Source: Candidatus Howiella intestinavium
GTDB lineage: Bacteria; Bacillota; Clostridia; Oscillospirales; Acutalibacteraceae
Direction of reading: 5' to 3'
DNA length: 64,000 nt
NCBI GenBank assembly: GCA_904420585.1
Contig: CAJFVX010000021.1
Coordinates: 19,319 to 83,318, forward strand
In this document: piece by piece, positions 11,101-20,300 of the stretch
Layout: the number at the start of each line of letters is the position of its first letter
Position numbering within the stretch: position 1 is the first letter of the stretch
Position numbers and translations under genes: made by a program
Notes under the pieces: generated by a model
What the model was told of the DNA's origin: nothing
Seen by the model: the letters and a program-made list of their open reading frames with translations, nothing else
The model's database searches: none

Positions 11101-12547
11101 GCAGGAGGATGCGGCGGCGTCGGGCGGCGCCTATGTCCGGATGGAAACCGGCGGCGAGGCTCAGTACAGCGAAGTGCGGGGCGAAGACCGCAGCGGCGTC
11201 CGCTTCCAGGTGCGCAGCGAAACCGGCGGGGAAATCATCGTATATGAAAACGGGGTGGGGGATAAGGTCCTGGCTACCCTCAGCGTGCCCGGCGACGGCC
11301 AGTGGCACACCCTGGAGGCCGTGTCCCAGGACACCGACGCCGAGATAAGCGACATCTGGCTGGAGTGCAGCGACGGCACCTGCGATGTGGACTGGTTCCA
11401 CTTTACCGGCCTTGCCGACGCCTACCGGCAGATCGAAGGGGAGACGGCCGATGAACGCAGCGGCATGGACATCAGCAACGACGGTACCTTCCTCAACCAT
11501 ATTGAAAACGGCGACTGGGCCCTGTTCCGGGATTTGAACTTTGCCGGAGACGGCCCCGAAAGGCTGGAAGTCCGGCTGGCCGCCGGCCTTTCGGGAGGTA
11601 CCTGTACCGTCTATCTGGATTCCCTGGAAGGGCAGAAGCTGGCCGAATTCCAGGTTGCCAATACCGGCAGCTGGAACACCTTCCAGACCTTCCAGGCCGA
11701 CTGCGCCGACGTGACGGGGGTCCATGACGTCTACTTCCTGTTTACCTCCGGTTCCACCGAGTCCATCTGCGACGTAAACTGGCTCCAGTTCTATCCCAAG
11801 AGAGCTGTGGAGGTCATCCCGGAGGAAGCAGTGCTGTATCCGGGAGCCCGGCAGCAGTTCACCGCCCAGGTGTACGGCGAGGCCGCTGCCCAGACGGTGG
11901 AATGGAGTATCAGCGGGGCCGTAAGCGCGGATACGGCCATAACGGCCGACGGCCTGCTGACCATCGGCGGGGATGAGACGGCGAAGACGATTACCGTCCG
12001 GGCTGCGCTGTCGGGCAGCGCGGATATAAGCGATACCGCCCTTGTCACCATCACCGCCCCGCCGGCCGTCACCATTGCCGTGACGCCCGAGACGGCCGAA
12101 CTGGCCCCGGGAGCCCGGCAGCAGTTCACCGCCCAGGTGTACGGCGAGGCCGCTGCCCAGACGGTGGAATGGAGTATAGAGGGGGCTGAGAGCGGGGATA
12201 CGGCCATAACGGCCGACGGCCTGCTGACCATCGGCGCCGACGAGACGGCGGGGACGCTTACCGTCCGGGCCGCCCTCATCGGGAATCCGGAGGTGAGCGC
12301 CGCGGCCACGGTCACCGTCACCCCTGCGTCCCAACCGGTTATCCCGGGGGATATGGACGGCAACGGCCGGGTGGATATCGCCGATGTAATGGCGGCCTGT
12401 AAGGTGCTGGCCCGGCAGACCGCCGGCACGCCGCCCACCCCGCAGGAGATTGAGCGGGGCGATTTGACCGGCGAGGGCCGGGTGGCCATCGACGATGTTA
12501 TGGCCATATGCAAGATTATTGCCGCCGGCAGCCAGAGCGCCGGATGA
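8132..12547 (+). CDS. multimodular GH31 glycoside hydrolase (signal peptide, GH31, three CBM6/35-like modules, two Big_2, dockerin)
   Basis: ATG after AAGGAGG and a signal peptide. GH31 motifs GDWFWPDEFD and AWSGDIENT. CBM6-type endings DVDWFHF and DVNWLQF. Two Big_2-like repeats. Dockerin at 12347-12544 (GDMDGNGRVDIADVMAACKVLA / GDLTGEGRVAIDDVMAICKIIA). Confidence 0.9.
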   Translation: MKVKWMVSALLSCAIALTPALPVPSAAAAGQSQAIGDLDSYEESTEDGNVLLFDCGGDEVRVELCTARTVRVQLSVGGSGNYRTDDPEYYMVQKNEWEPVTKTVTREDGVIRIRTEAMEIRIQESPFRIGMYDLEGNLLSKDADDQGMYWEDDGTRGVRKVEGAQNAGGIFGFGSGDHGRRQNLNRYNQDFTEFSMSHGRLIAPFFMSSVGYGIFLNTLEKDTRFFKQGGGFETAEYLDYYFMYGPDFKTILNEYAEITGRMELYGKWAHGFILSKYGNDNATQAEFLEWLHTLRDEGYPCDSYAFDYGWRGDVADNGGNQTGAGEKFGKQMWNNDKTKFPDIAAMFEEADELGFRVGLHNNAGTPEASGGKELYKPEYEEIWVKSYMDSVITTGYGDWFWPDEFDVLGVNSAPVFSSKGAYEAWQEYTDQSRPMFITRGSYAGQHYATAWSGDIENTSSELENQIGFSIDAGLVGYWAVSHDLGGFMHRPSDELYTRWVSEFGAWTGIMRTHGHDGREPWTYDDVASDTLKENLQIRYALYPYTYSLAWQGYSEGVPMMRAMLLEDGSQYNPDAWDLNQQYYYGDWFLVAPASQTSSTVVSVWLPPETTWYNYYTGERYEGGRDGKTINVAAALDEIPVFVKAGAIVPMGPDVDYADEKPLDPLTLDIYPHEGATSFTLYEDDGQTREYITQNAYSTTTFESRVEGEDMTFRIHEREDHNPAVYLPCERNYNLKFNHIDQADAVSINGRTVAGVDSLAAYDAAEEAFWLNGEENILYVKTPDTGEEIVVELQTGGVAEPELGDEDEGLPPETILDGGRYELENAQMEPVEGGQVILDTEWGGYTGTGFAKGFKGEGDAIEFQVDIQQAGDYNLVLRVNCGKKNEAIYDNSPRQGTMYLDGDVLSAMEFEVTPAWGSTSGGSKQGDWRDYTLENVTLSEGVHTFRFVAEGDRNPGNYNLDSLTFNRIDRSVSAFQNIEAESAASLEKAAVQEDAAASGGAYVRMETGGEAQYSEVRGEDRSGVRFQVRSETGGEIIVYENGVGDKVLATLSVPGDGQWHTLEAVSQDTDAEISDIWLECSDGTCDVDWFHFTGLADAYRQIEGETADERSGMDISNDGTFLNHIENGDWALFRDLNFAGDGPERLEVRLAAGLSGGTCTVYLDSLEGQKLAEFQVANTGSWNTFQTFQADCADVTGVHDVYFLFTSGSTESICDVNWLQFYPKRAVEVIPEEAVLYPGARQQFTAQVYGEAAAQTVEWSISGAVSADTAITADGLLTIGGDETAKTITVRAALSGSADISDTALVTITAPPAVTIAVTPETAELAPGARQQFTAQVYGEAAAQTVEWSIEGAESGDTAITADGLLTIGADETAGTLTVRAALIGNPEVSAAATVTVTPASQPVIPGDMDGNGRVDIADVMAACKVLARQTAGTPPTPQEIERGDLTGEGRVAIDDVMAICKIIAAGSQSAG
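11840..12330 (+). repeat. 267-bp in-frame duplication (two Big_2-like modules) with mosaic identity
   Basis: 11840-11911 is identical to 12107-12178 (72 nt). About 20 diverged nt follow, then another ~40-nt identical block (gatacggccataacggccgacggcctgctgaccatcggcg). Confidence 0.9.
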
Positions 12548-12571
12548 CGCGACGGAACTGAATGAAAACAG

Positions 12572-12605
12572 AAACCCGGTTTGGAAGTATCCAAACCGGG
12601 TTTTT
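12572..12605. terminator. bidirectional rho-independent terminator
   Basis: aaacccggtttgga-agta-tccaaaccgggttt, with an A-tract before and a T-tract after, between convergent stops 12547 (+) and 12638 (-). Confidence 0.8.
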
Positions 12606-12637
12606 GCTGTCGGCCGGGCGGAAGCCTGCCGGCTTTA

Positions 12638-14149
12638 TCAGAACATATAGGATACGGCATAGGTTTGCAGATTGGAATGCTCCTGCAGGATGCTGTCGCC
12701 GATAAAATTGTCGTTTTCGTCAAAAACCAGAAGCAGGGTGAGGATGTCCGCGTCCTCCGCCACGTTGAGATAGGGATTGTCGATGGAGTACTCGACGTCG
12801 CCTGTAATCTGCACGATATAGGAGCTGGACAGGTAATCCCCGTATTCGCCGCTTTCCAGTTCTTCCTGGGTTTCGCTGTCCAAAATGTTCATGTTCCGAG
12901 GGTCACTGATAAAGTCGCGGTAGGCCATGTATTCCCCCTGGTAGCCGGACGCGCACAGATTTAGCAGCTCCACCAGATTGATGGAGGCGCCGCCGTAGCT
13001 GTAGCGGACTTGGTCAAAGGTGTCGTTGATAACCGATTCCGGCACCTGGTGGAAGACGGGCTCCAGGGCTTTGGAGGTAATGGTGAGAGAGATGCTGCCA
13101 TCCTCCTCATCTACTCCCAGCCCAGAAATCTCTACTTCTGTGTCCTGGTTTTCGATGGTGCACCTGGCATAGGCGACGCCGTCTTCCTCGGCAAACTGTA
13201 ATTCTGGTTTTGTGTCAAGAGCGGCCGCATAATAGTCCGCCAACTGTTCGCAGAAGGCTTTGTCACCCTGATGAAACATGCAATCTATCTCAAACAATCG
13301 GCCGTCCAGGTTGTCAAATTCACCATCTAGGGTAAAATAGAAATTGGCCCAGGCAAAATCACCCTCCTCGGCGGGCGGCAGATCACATAGCAGGAAGTCC
13401 GCAAAGTCTTCCGCCTGCCAAACTCCCAATACGGAGGCACGTTTGTTTGGTTTATCCTCGTCTAGTATGATGGAGCTACCTTCTTTTTTAAGAAAGCCCC
13501 AATCGTGACCCCCCTCTACCGTTTCCACAGTATCGCCCCATTCCAGGCCATAGGGGAGCAGGGGGTGGCTGCTCCTGACCATTTCCTTGTGGACGAAAAA
13601 TCCCCCCACGGCCGCCGCCCCAACCAGTACCAGGGCCACGCCGGCCAGCGCCAGCCATTTCAGACGGGATTTTTTCTTTGGTTTTTTTGGCGGGGCGGCG
13701 TTCCAGGGGGAAGCGGCGAAACAGGCCTCCGTCCGCCGGCTCACCTCGTCGCCGGCGGGGGAGATGGCGGAACGGGAAACCAGCATGTCGGCCGTAATCC
13801 CCTCCGGCAGGTTTTCGGCCGTCCCCACCGGGAAAAAGGTACAGGCGCAGTACCGGCCGATATCCTGCCGGTTCCATTCCTCCTCCCGGGTGGTCACGGC
13901 CGGGGCCGTGATTTGGCAGAGGTAGTATTCTTTTGTTTCCGGGTCCCTTACCCATACGAGATCCCCCGCCGCAAAGGCGTCCAGCGCCTTTTCCGCCCGG
14001 GAAAAGGCCGGGCTTTCGGCTTCCTGCGCCGCTTCATCCACCCAGCCGATGCCCACGATTCCCTGCTCCAGGCAAACCGGAATTTGGTTTTTTCCAAATC
14101 GGGCGGCCGGTTGGCTTCCTCCCGGTTGTCCTTCAGATTCATAATCCAT
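12638..14149 (-). CDS. hypothetical single-pass membrane protein (503 aa)
   Basis: ATG 14149 has GAGGAAAA 8-9 nt upstream, while ATG 14197 has poor spacing. The ~170-aa cytoplasmic N-domain is followed by KKPKKKSRLK, a TM (WLALAGVALVLVGAAAVGGFF) and a ~300-aa acidic ectodomain. No family recognised. Confidence 0.65.
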   Translation of the reverse strand: MDYESEGQPGGSQPAARFGKNQIPVCLEQGIVGIGWVDEAAQEAESPAFSRAEKALDAFAAGDLVWVRDPETKEYYLCQITAPAVTTREEEWNRQDIGRYCACTFFPVGTAENLPEGITADMLVSRSAISPAGDEVSRRTEACFAASPWNAAPPKKPKKKSRLKWLALAGVALVLVGAAAVGGFFVHKEMVRSSHPLLPYGLEWGDTVETVEGGHDWGFLKKEGSSIILDEDKPNKRASVLGVWQAEDFADFLLCDLPPAEEGDFAWANFYFTLDGEFDNLDGRLFEIDCMFHQGDKAFCEQLADYYAAALDTKPELQFAEEDGVAYARCTIENQDTEVEISGLGVDEEDGSISLTITSKALEPVFHQVPESVINDTFDQVRYSYGGASINLVELLNLCASGYQGEYMAYRDFISDPRNMNILDSETQEELESGEYGDYLSSSYIVQITGDVEYSIDNPYLNVAEDADILTLLLVFDENDNFIGDSILQEHSNLQTYAVSYMF

Positions 14150-14270
14150 ACCTGCATTTTCCTCTTCCCCCTTCTGTTTTTTGCAGATTGTATACATCGC
14201 CTCAAAATATACCGAAATGGGATATTTAAATCATACCAGATTGGTATACTTCTTGTCAAGAGGTGTATGG

Positions 14271-14477
14271 ATGAGACTGAAAGCATTGCGAAAACAGAGG
14301 GGGATATCCCAGCTGAAGCTGGCCATGGATCTGGGTATGAACCAAAACAGCATCAGCCGGTACGAAAACGGCGAGCGGGAGGCCGATTATAAAACCTTAA
14401 TCGCCCTGGCGGATTACTTTAACGTGTCCATTGATTATCTGCTGGAGCGGACGGATAACCCGGTCTGCAACCGCTGA
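14271..14477 (+). CDS. XRE-family helix-turn-helix transcriptional regulator (68 aa)
   Basis: LKALRKQRGISQLKLAMDLGMNQNSISRYENGEREADYKTLIALADYFNVSIDYLL is a classic HTH_3 sequence. Divergent from the 12638-14149 gene. Confidence 0.9.
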   Translation: MRLKALRKQRGISQLKLAMDLGMNQNSISRYENGEREADYKTLIALADYFNVSIDYLLERTDNPVCNR

Positions 14478-14641
14478 GTTTTTCGGTTTTCCCTGCTTCG
14501 GAATGGGGCGGAGGGGACGGCGGCCCTTTTCCCGGGGCTTTGCAAAAATTTTAAGACTGCTTGTCGAGGTCACAGGCTCTTTGGGGGCCTGCGGCCTTTT
14601 TTGTTTGGCCATAGGGCGGCCGGTTATCTATCAGGAAAAGC

Positions 14642-14692
14642 AAAAACGCCCCCCTGCCGCCGGCTGCAGGCTGGTGGGCGGCAAAGGGGGCG
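14642..14692 (-). terminator. rho-independent terminator of queT
   Basis: On the minus strand cgccccctttgccgcc ... ggcggcaggggggcg is followed by TTTTT (plus-strand A-tract at 14642-14646). Confidence 0.75.
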
Positions 14693-14710
14693 CAGAAATA
14701 AGGCGAAAGC

Positions 14711-15262
14711 CTATCGCTTGGCCAGTTGGGGGCCGAATAAGAAGGCGGCCCGGCCGGATTTGTGGATGGCCAGCCACAAAAGGCTGCCCAGGACGATGCA
14801 TACCGTCACTTCGCCCAGGGCCACGCCGGCCGCCATGGTGACAAAGCCCCAGGCGGTAAAGCCCTCGGGCAGGGTCAGAATGGCCAGTTCGGCGCCCACG
14901 ATAATCGCGTTGCAGAGGATGGGGAAGAGGGGGGCCAGCACCGGGAAGCCCTTGACGGTCACCCGGGCGGTCAGCCGCACCAGGATGGCGGCCAGCAGGG
15001 TGGCCAGGGTGCCGCATATCCAGTCCACCGGGCCTAAAGAGCTGCCCAGGTTGCCCAGGAAGCACCCCACCGTCAGGCCGGGGATGGCCGCCGGCGTAAA
15101 GACCGGCAGGATGGTCAGGGCCTCCGAGATGCGGAACTGGACGCTGCCGTAGGCCAGAGGCGCGCCGGCGTAGGTCAGGGCCACGTAGAGGGCGGCGATG
15201 ACGGCCGCCCGGACTACAAACAGGACAGGCTTTTCCTTGGGTTTGCGTATTGCTTGCTGCAT
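14711..15262 (-). CDS. queT: queuosine-precursor transporter QueT family protein
   Basis: 183-aa polytopic protein. QueT-typical N-terminus (AALYVALTY...VQFRISEALTILPVF). A preQ1-I aptamer sits directly upstream. Confidence 0.85.
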   Translation of the reverse strand: MQQAIRKPKEKPVLFVVRAAVIAALYVALTYAGAPLAYGSVQFRISEALTILPVFTPAAIPGLTVGCFLGNLGSSLGPVDWICGTLATLLAAILVRLTARVTVKGFPVLAPLFPILCNAIIVGAELAILTLPEGFTAWGFVTMAAGVALGEVTVCIVLGSLLWLAIHKSGRAAFLFGPQLAKR

Positions 15263-15270
15263 GTTACATT

Positions 15271-15311
15271 CCTCCGTAGTTTTGTTTTAGGTCAGGATGT
15301 TGCGACTGACC
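15271..15311 (-). promoter_or_regulatory. preQ1-I riboswitch
   Basis: Minus-strand RNA is GGUCAG-UCGCAACAUC-CUGACC-UAAAACAAAACUACGGAGG. It has a 6-bp P1, a 10-nt loop starting UCGCA, and an A-rich tail with ACAAAAC..CUA running into the SD GGAGG 8 nt before the queT ATG. It closely parallels the T. tengcongensis and B. subtilis preQ1-I aptamers. Confidence 0.8.
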
Positions 15312-15319
15312 GCTTATGT

Positions 15320-15350
15320 AAAATGAAAGCCGCCTGCCTGCGGGCGGCTT
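15320..15350 (-). terminator. rho-independent terminator of the CNNM gene
   Basis: Minus strand aagccgcc-N8-ggcggctt followed by tcatttt, 18 nt after stop 15368. Confidence 0.7.
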
Positions 15351-15367
15351 CCATGGGTTGGAATGTT

Positions 15368-16792
15368 TTATTTTTTGTCTTTCTCGGCCTTGTCGGCCTT
15401 GTCGCTTTTCTTCTCGCCCTTTTCCTTTTTATCGGACTTTCCGGCCTCCTCCTCGGCGGGAGGCTCGGGGAGGCGTTCGATTTTCACCCGCTCGATGCGG
15501 CGCTCCTCCACCTCTTCCACCGTAAAGCGGAAGCCGGCGATTTCCACGGAAGGGTGCTCCCCCGGCTCGGGAATCCGGCCGATTTCGGCCATAATCATAC
15601 CGCCGATGGTGTCGTACTCCCCTTCGGGCAGGGTTACATCCAGCAGGTCGTCCACCTCTTCGATGTCGGCCGTGCCGTCGATGGTGAAGGTGTCCTCGTC
15701 CAGCTTCTGAAACTCTTCTTCTTCGTTGTCAAACTCGTCCTGGATGTTGCCCACAATGGACTCCAGCAAATCCTCGATGGTCACAAGGCCTGCCGTGCCG
15801 CCGTATTCGTCCGATACAATGACCATCTGCAGATGCTTCTCGGTCATCTCGGAGAAAAGGTCCCCGCACTTCTTGCTCTCGGGCACATAGGTGGCCGGCC
15901 GCATAAGCTCCTTCAGGGTGACCTGGTTGGCCGCCTTGCCCACATAGGGCAGCAGGTCCTTTACATATAAAATGCCCTTGATATTGTCCAGGTCCTCTTC
16001 ATAGACCGGGATGCGGGAAAAGCCGTCGTTGATGGCCACGGTCAGCACATCCTCGATGGAGTCGTTAATCTCCACTGCCTCCATGTCGGTGCGGTGGGTC
16101 ATGACGTCGGAGGCGTCGATGTCGTCAAACTCGAAGATGTTGTTGATCATGTCCTTCTGGCTTTCCTCGATGACGCCGGTCTCCTCGCCCGCGTCCACCA
16201 TCAGGCGGATTTCCTCCTCGGTGACCGCCTCCTGGCTGGAGCCGGGGGTCAGGCCGAAGAGCCGGCCCACCAGGTTGGTGGAGACCGACAAAAACCAAAT
16301 GAAGGGACGCATGACCGCCTTGACGCCCAAAAGAATACCCACAACCCTAAAGGACACCGCCTCGGCCCGCTGCATGGCGATGCGCTTGGGCACCAGCTCC
16401 CCCAGCACCAGGGAGAAGTAAGAGATGATGATGGTCACCACCACCAGGGAGGCGGCGCTTAAGAAGGACAAAGCCGCCCCGTCGGTGACGTGGAACCAGC
16501 CGGCCAGGGTGGCCGCCAGGGGCTCGGAGAAGTTGTCGGCCGCCGAAGCGGAGGTGAGGAAGCCGGCCAGGGTGACGCCGATCTGGATGGTGGACAGGAA
16601 GGCCGACGAATCCGCGGTCAGCCGCAGCACCTTCTGGGCTTTTTTGTGCCCCTCCTCGGCCATTTTCCGCAGCTTGCTCTCGTTTAGGGAGATGACGGCG
16701 ATTTCGCTCATGGCGAAAAAGGCGTTGACAAGGATCAGGATAAAGAGAACCACCAGTTTTACGATTAGATTACCAGGGCCAGGGTCGTCCAT
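15368..16792 (-). CDS. CNNM/TlyC-family hemolysin-like protein (DUF21, CBS pair, CorC_HlyC)
   Basis: RBS GAGAGGAG. DUF21 TM region (FFAMSEIAVISL), CBS pair and a CorC_HlyC domain (GFRFTVEEVEERRIERVKI). Lys/Glu-rich C-terminal tail. Confidence 0.9.
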   Translation of the reverse strand: MDDPGPGNLIVKLVVLFILILVNAFFAMSEIAVISLNESKLRKMAEEGHKKAQKVLRLTADSSAFLSTIQIGVTLAGFLTSASAADNFSEPLAATLAGWFHVTDGAALSFLSAASLVVVTIIISYFSLVLGELVPKRIAMQRAEAVSFRVVGILLGVKAVMRPFIWFLSVSTNLVGRLFGLTPGSSQEAVTEEEIRLMVDAGEETGVIEESQKDMINNIFEFDDIDASDVMTHRTDMEAVEINDSIEDVLTVAINDGFSRIPVYEEDLDNIKGILYVKDLLPYVGKAANQVTLKELMRPATYVPESKKCGDLFSEMTEKHLQMVIVSDEYGGTAGLVTIEDLLESIVGNIQDEFDNEEEEFQKLDEDTFTIDGTADIEEVDDLLDVTLPEGEYDTIGGMIMAEIGRIPEPGEHPSVEIAGFRFTVEEVEERRIERVKIERLPEPPAEEEAGKSDKKEKGEKKSDKADKAEKDKK

Positions 16793-17303
16793 GGATACAT
16801 AACTCCTCTCAAAATTGTCTGTGGACTGCCTTCCCCTTCCCGCGGGAAACCCCGCCGAAAGGCGAAAATCAGATACATATCATAATAGCGGTTTTAGCGG
16901 CGTTTGTCAAAGGGCCGTCCGGCTTCTGCGGCGGTCTGCGGAGGCGTGCAAGGGCAGCGGCCGCGCCGCTTGCGGGTTTTTCCGCCCGCATTAGGGAAAT
17001 GGGGGCAAAATCGGGTAATTCCGGGACAAAATTTTAAACTGGTGGATATGGACATAAAAATAAGGACGAAAAAACCGCATTTTTTCGGTTTTTGCACTTT
17101 ACTTATCTGCGCAAAGGTGCTACTATAAATTGCGAGTTGAAATCAGTTGCGGCGGCCTTTCCATCGCGCCGATTTCACGGGGCTTTTCCGGCCGGTCCGG
17201 ACAAGCCTGCCCGCGCCGCCCGGGAGAGGCGGCGGCCCGTCTTCTATTATAATGTAAGGGGCGGGCGCAGGATTTGTCTATCATCAAAAGGAGGCAATCT
17301 TTC

Positions 17304-20300
17304 ATGGCAAGAAAATGGAAAACCATGGACGGCAACTCGGCCGCGGCGCATGTATCCTACGCCTTTACCGACGTTGCCGCAATCTACCCCATCACCCCCT
17401 CGTCCAACATGGCCGAGGAGACCGACAAGATGGCTACCGCCGGCGTGAAGAATATCTTCGGCCAGACGGTGAAGGTCACCGAGATGCAGTCTGAGGCCGG
17501 CGCTGCCGGCGCTGTCCACGGCTCCCTGGCCGCCGGCGCCCTTACCACCACCTACACTGCCTCCCAGGGCCTGCTGCTCATGATCCCCAACATGTACAAG
17601 ATCGCCGGTGAGCTGCTGCCGGGCGTTATCAACGTCTCGGCCCGCGCCATCGCCGCCCACGCCCTGTCCATCTTCGGCGACCACTCCGATATCTACGCCT
17701 GCCGCCAGACCGGCTTCGCCATGCTCTGCTCCAACGACCCCCAGGAGGTCATGGATCTGGGCGCTGTGGCCCATCTGTCGGCCATCAAGGGCCGGGTTCC
17801 TTTTGTGCACTTCTTCGACGGCTTCCGCACCTCCCATGAAATCCAGAAGATCCAGATGTGGGACTACAAGGATCTGGAGGAGATGCTGGATAAGGACGCC
17901 GTCAACGCCTTCCGCCGCCGCTCCTTAAACCCCGAGCATCCCGAGCAGCGCGGTACCGCCCAGAACCCCGACGTCTTCTTCCAGGCCCGCGAGGCTGCCA
18001 ACAACTACTACACCGCCATTGTGGACGTTGTGGAAGATTACATGAACCAGGTCAATAAGAAGCTGGGCACCAAGTACAAGCTCTTCAACTACTACGGCGC
18101 CCGGGATGCCGAGCATGTCATCGTGGCCATGGGCTCGGCCTGCGACACCATCGAGGAGACCGTGGACTACCTGAACGCCCAGGGCGAGAAGGTGGGCCTG
18201 GTGAAGGTGCATCTCTACCGTCCCTTCTCGGCCAAGCACCTGATTGCCGCCATCCCCTCCACCGTCAAGAAGATTTCCGTGCTGGATCGCACCAAGGAGC
18301 CCGGCTCCATCGGCGAGCCCCTGTACCTGGACGTTGTGGCTGCCCTGAAGGATTCCAAGTTTGCCGACGTGCCGGTATACGGCGGCCGCTACGGCCTGGG
18401 CTCCAAGGACACCACCCCCGCCGACTTCATCGCGGTTTACCGCAACATGGAGAAGGCCCGCTCCAAGAAGCGCTTCACCCTGGCCATCGAGGACGACGTG
18501 ACCGGCCTGTCCCTGAAGGTCAAGGAGAATCCCGACACCACCCCCAAGGGCACCACTTCCTGTAAGTTCTGGGGCCTGGGTTCGGACGGCACCGTGGGCG
18601 CCAACAAGAACTCCATCAAGATCATCGGCGACAACACCGATATGTACGCCCAGGGCTACTTCGACTATGACTCCAAGAAGTCGGGCGGCGTAACCGTTTC
18701 CCACCTGCGCTTCGGCAAGAAGAAGATCAAGTCCACCTACCTCATCAACAAGGCCGACTTTGTGGCCTGTCATAACCCCTCCTATGTGGACAAGTATGAC
18801 ATTGTAGAGGACATCAAGCCCGGCGGCATCTTCCTGCTCAACTGCTCCTGGGACGACGCCGAGCTGGATACCCACCTGCCCGCCAAGATGAAGCGGTATA
18901 TCGCCAAGAACGACATCAAGTTCTACACCATCGACGCCACCCACATCGCCAAGGAACTGGGTCTGGGCGGCCGCGTCAACACCATCCTGCAGGCTGCCTT
19001 CTTCAAGCTCTCCAAGATCATCCCCGCCGACAAGGCCGTGGTGCTCATGAAGGAAGCCGCCACCAAGTCCTACGGCAAGAAGGGCGAGAAGGTCGTGGCC
19101 ATGAACCACGCCGCTATCGACCGGGGCGTGGCCGGCGCCAAGAAGGTCAAGGTGCCCGCCGCCTGGGCCAAGGCTGAGGATACCGACAATGCCGCCGGCG
19201 TGCTCACCGAGGGCCGTCCCGAAATCAAGGATTATATCGATAGCATCCTGACCCCTGTCAATGCCCAGCGGGGCAACAAGCTGCCCGTATCCGCCTTCCT
19301 GGATTACGTGGACGGCACTGTGCCCCTGGGTTCTTCGGCCTACGAGAAGCGGGGTATCGCCGTGGACGTTCCCACCTGGAACCCCGACAATTGTATCCAG
19401 TGTAACTTCTGCTCCTACGTCTGCCCCCACGCCGTCATCCGGCCGGTGGCCATGACCGACGAGGAAGTGCAGAACGCCCCCGAAGGCACCAAGTCCATGC
19501 CCATGACCGGCGTGCCCGGCCTGCATTTCGCCATGACCGTGTCCGTGCTGGACTGCACCGGCTGCGGTTCCTGCGCCAACGTATGCCCCGGCAAGAAGGG
19601 CGAGAAGGCCCTGACCATGCAGCCCCTGGATACCCAGCTGGACAAGGAAGCCGGCTTCGTCTACGGCCGCAAGCTGCCTGAGAAGCCCGAGGTGGCCGAG
19701 AAATTCAAGCCCACCACCGTCAAGGGCAGCCAGTTCAAGCAGCCTCTGCTGGAGTACTCCGGCGCCTGCGCCGGCTGCGGCGAGACCCCCTATGCCAAGC
19801 TGGTAACCCAGCTGTTCGGCGACCGGATGTACATCGCCAACGCCACCGGCTGTTCCTCCATCTGGGGCGGCTCCGCTCCCTCCACTCCCTACACCGTCAA
19901 CAAGGAAGGCCACGGCCCCGCCTGGCAGAACTCCCTGTTTGAGGACAACGCCGAGTTCGGCTACGGCATGCTGCTGGCCAACAAGGCCATCCGCGGCCGC
20001 CTGGCCGACGCCGCTGGGAAGCTGGTCGAGCTGACCGACGGCGACCTGAAGGCCGCTGCCGAGAAGTGGCTGGAGACCATGGAAGACGGCACTGCCAACA
20101 AGACGGCCGCCGCCGACTTCAAGGCCGCCCTGTCGGCCGCTAAGGTGTCCGGCGAGGCCGAGGCCCTGGTAAAAGAGCTGCTGGAAGACGCCGACTATTT
20201 GGCCAAGAAGTCCTTCTGGGCCTTCGGCGGCGACGGCTGGGCCTATGACATCGGCTTCGGCGGCCTGGATCATGCCATCGCCTCCGGTGAGGACATCAAC

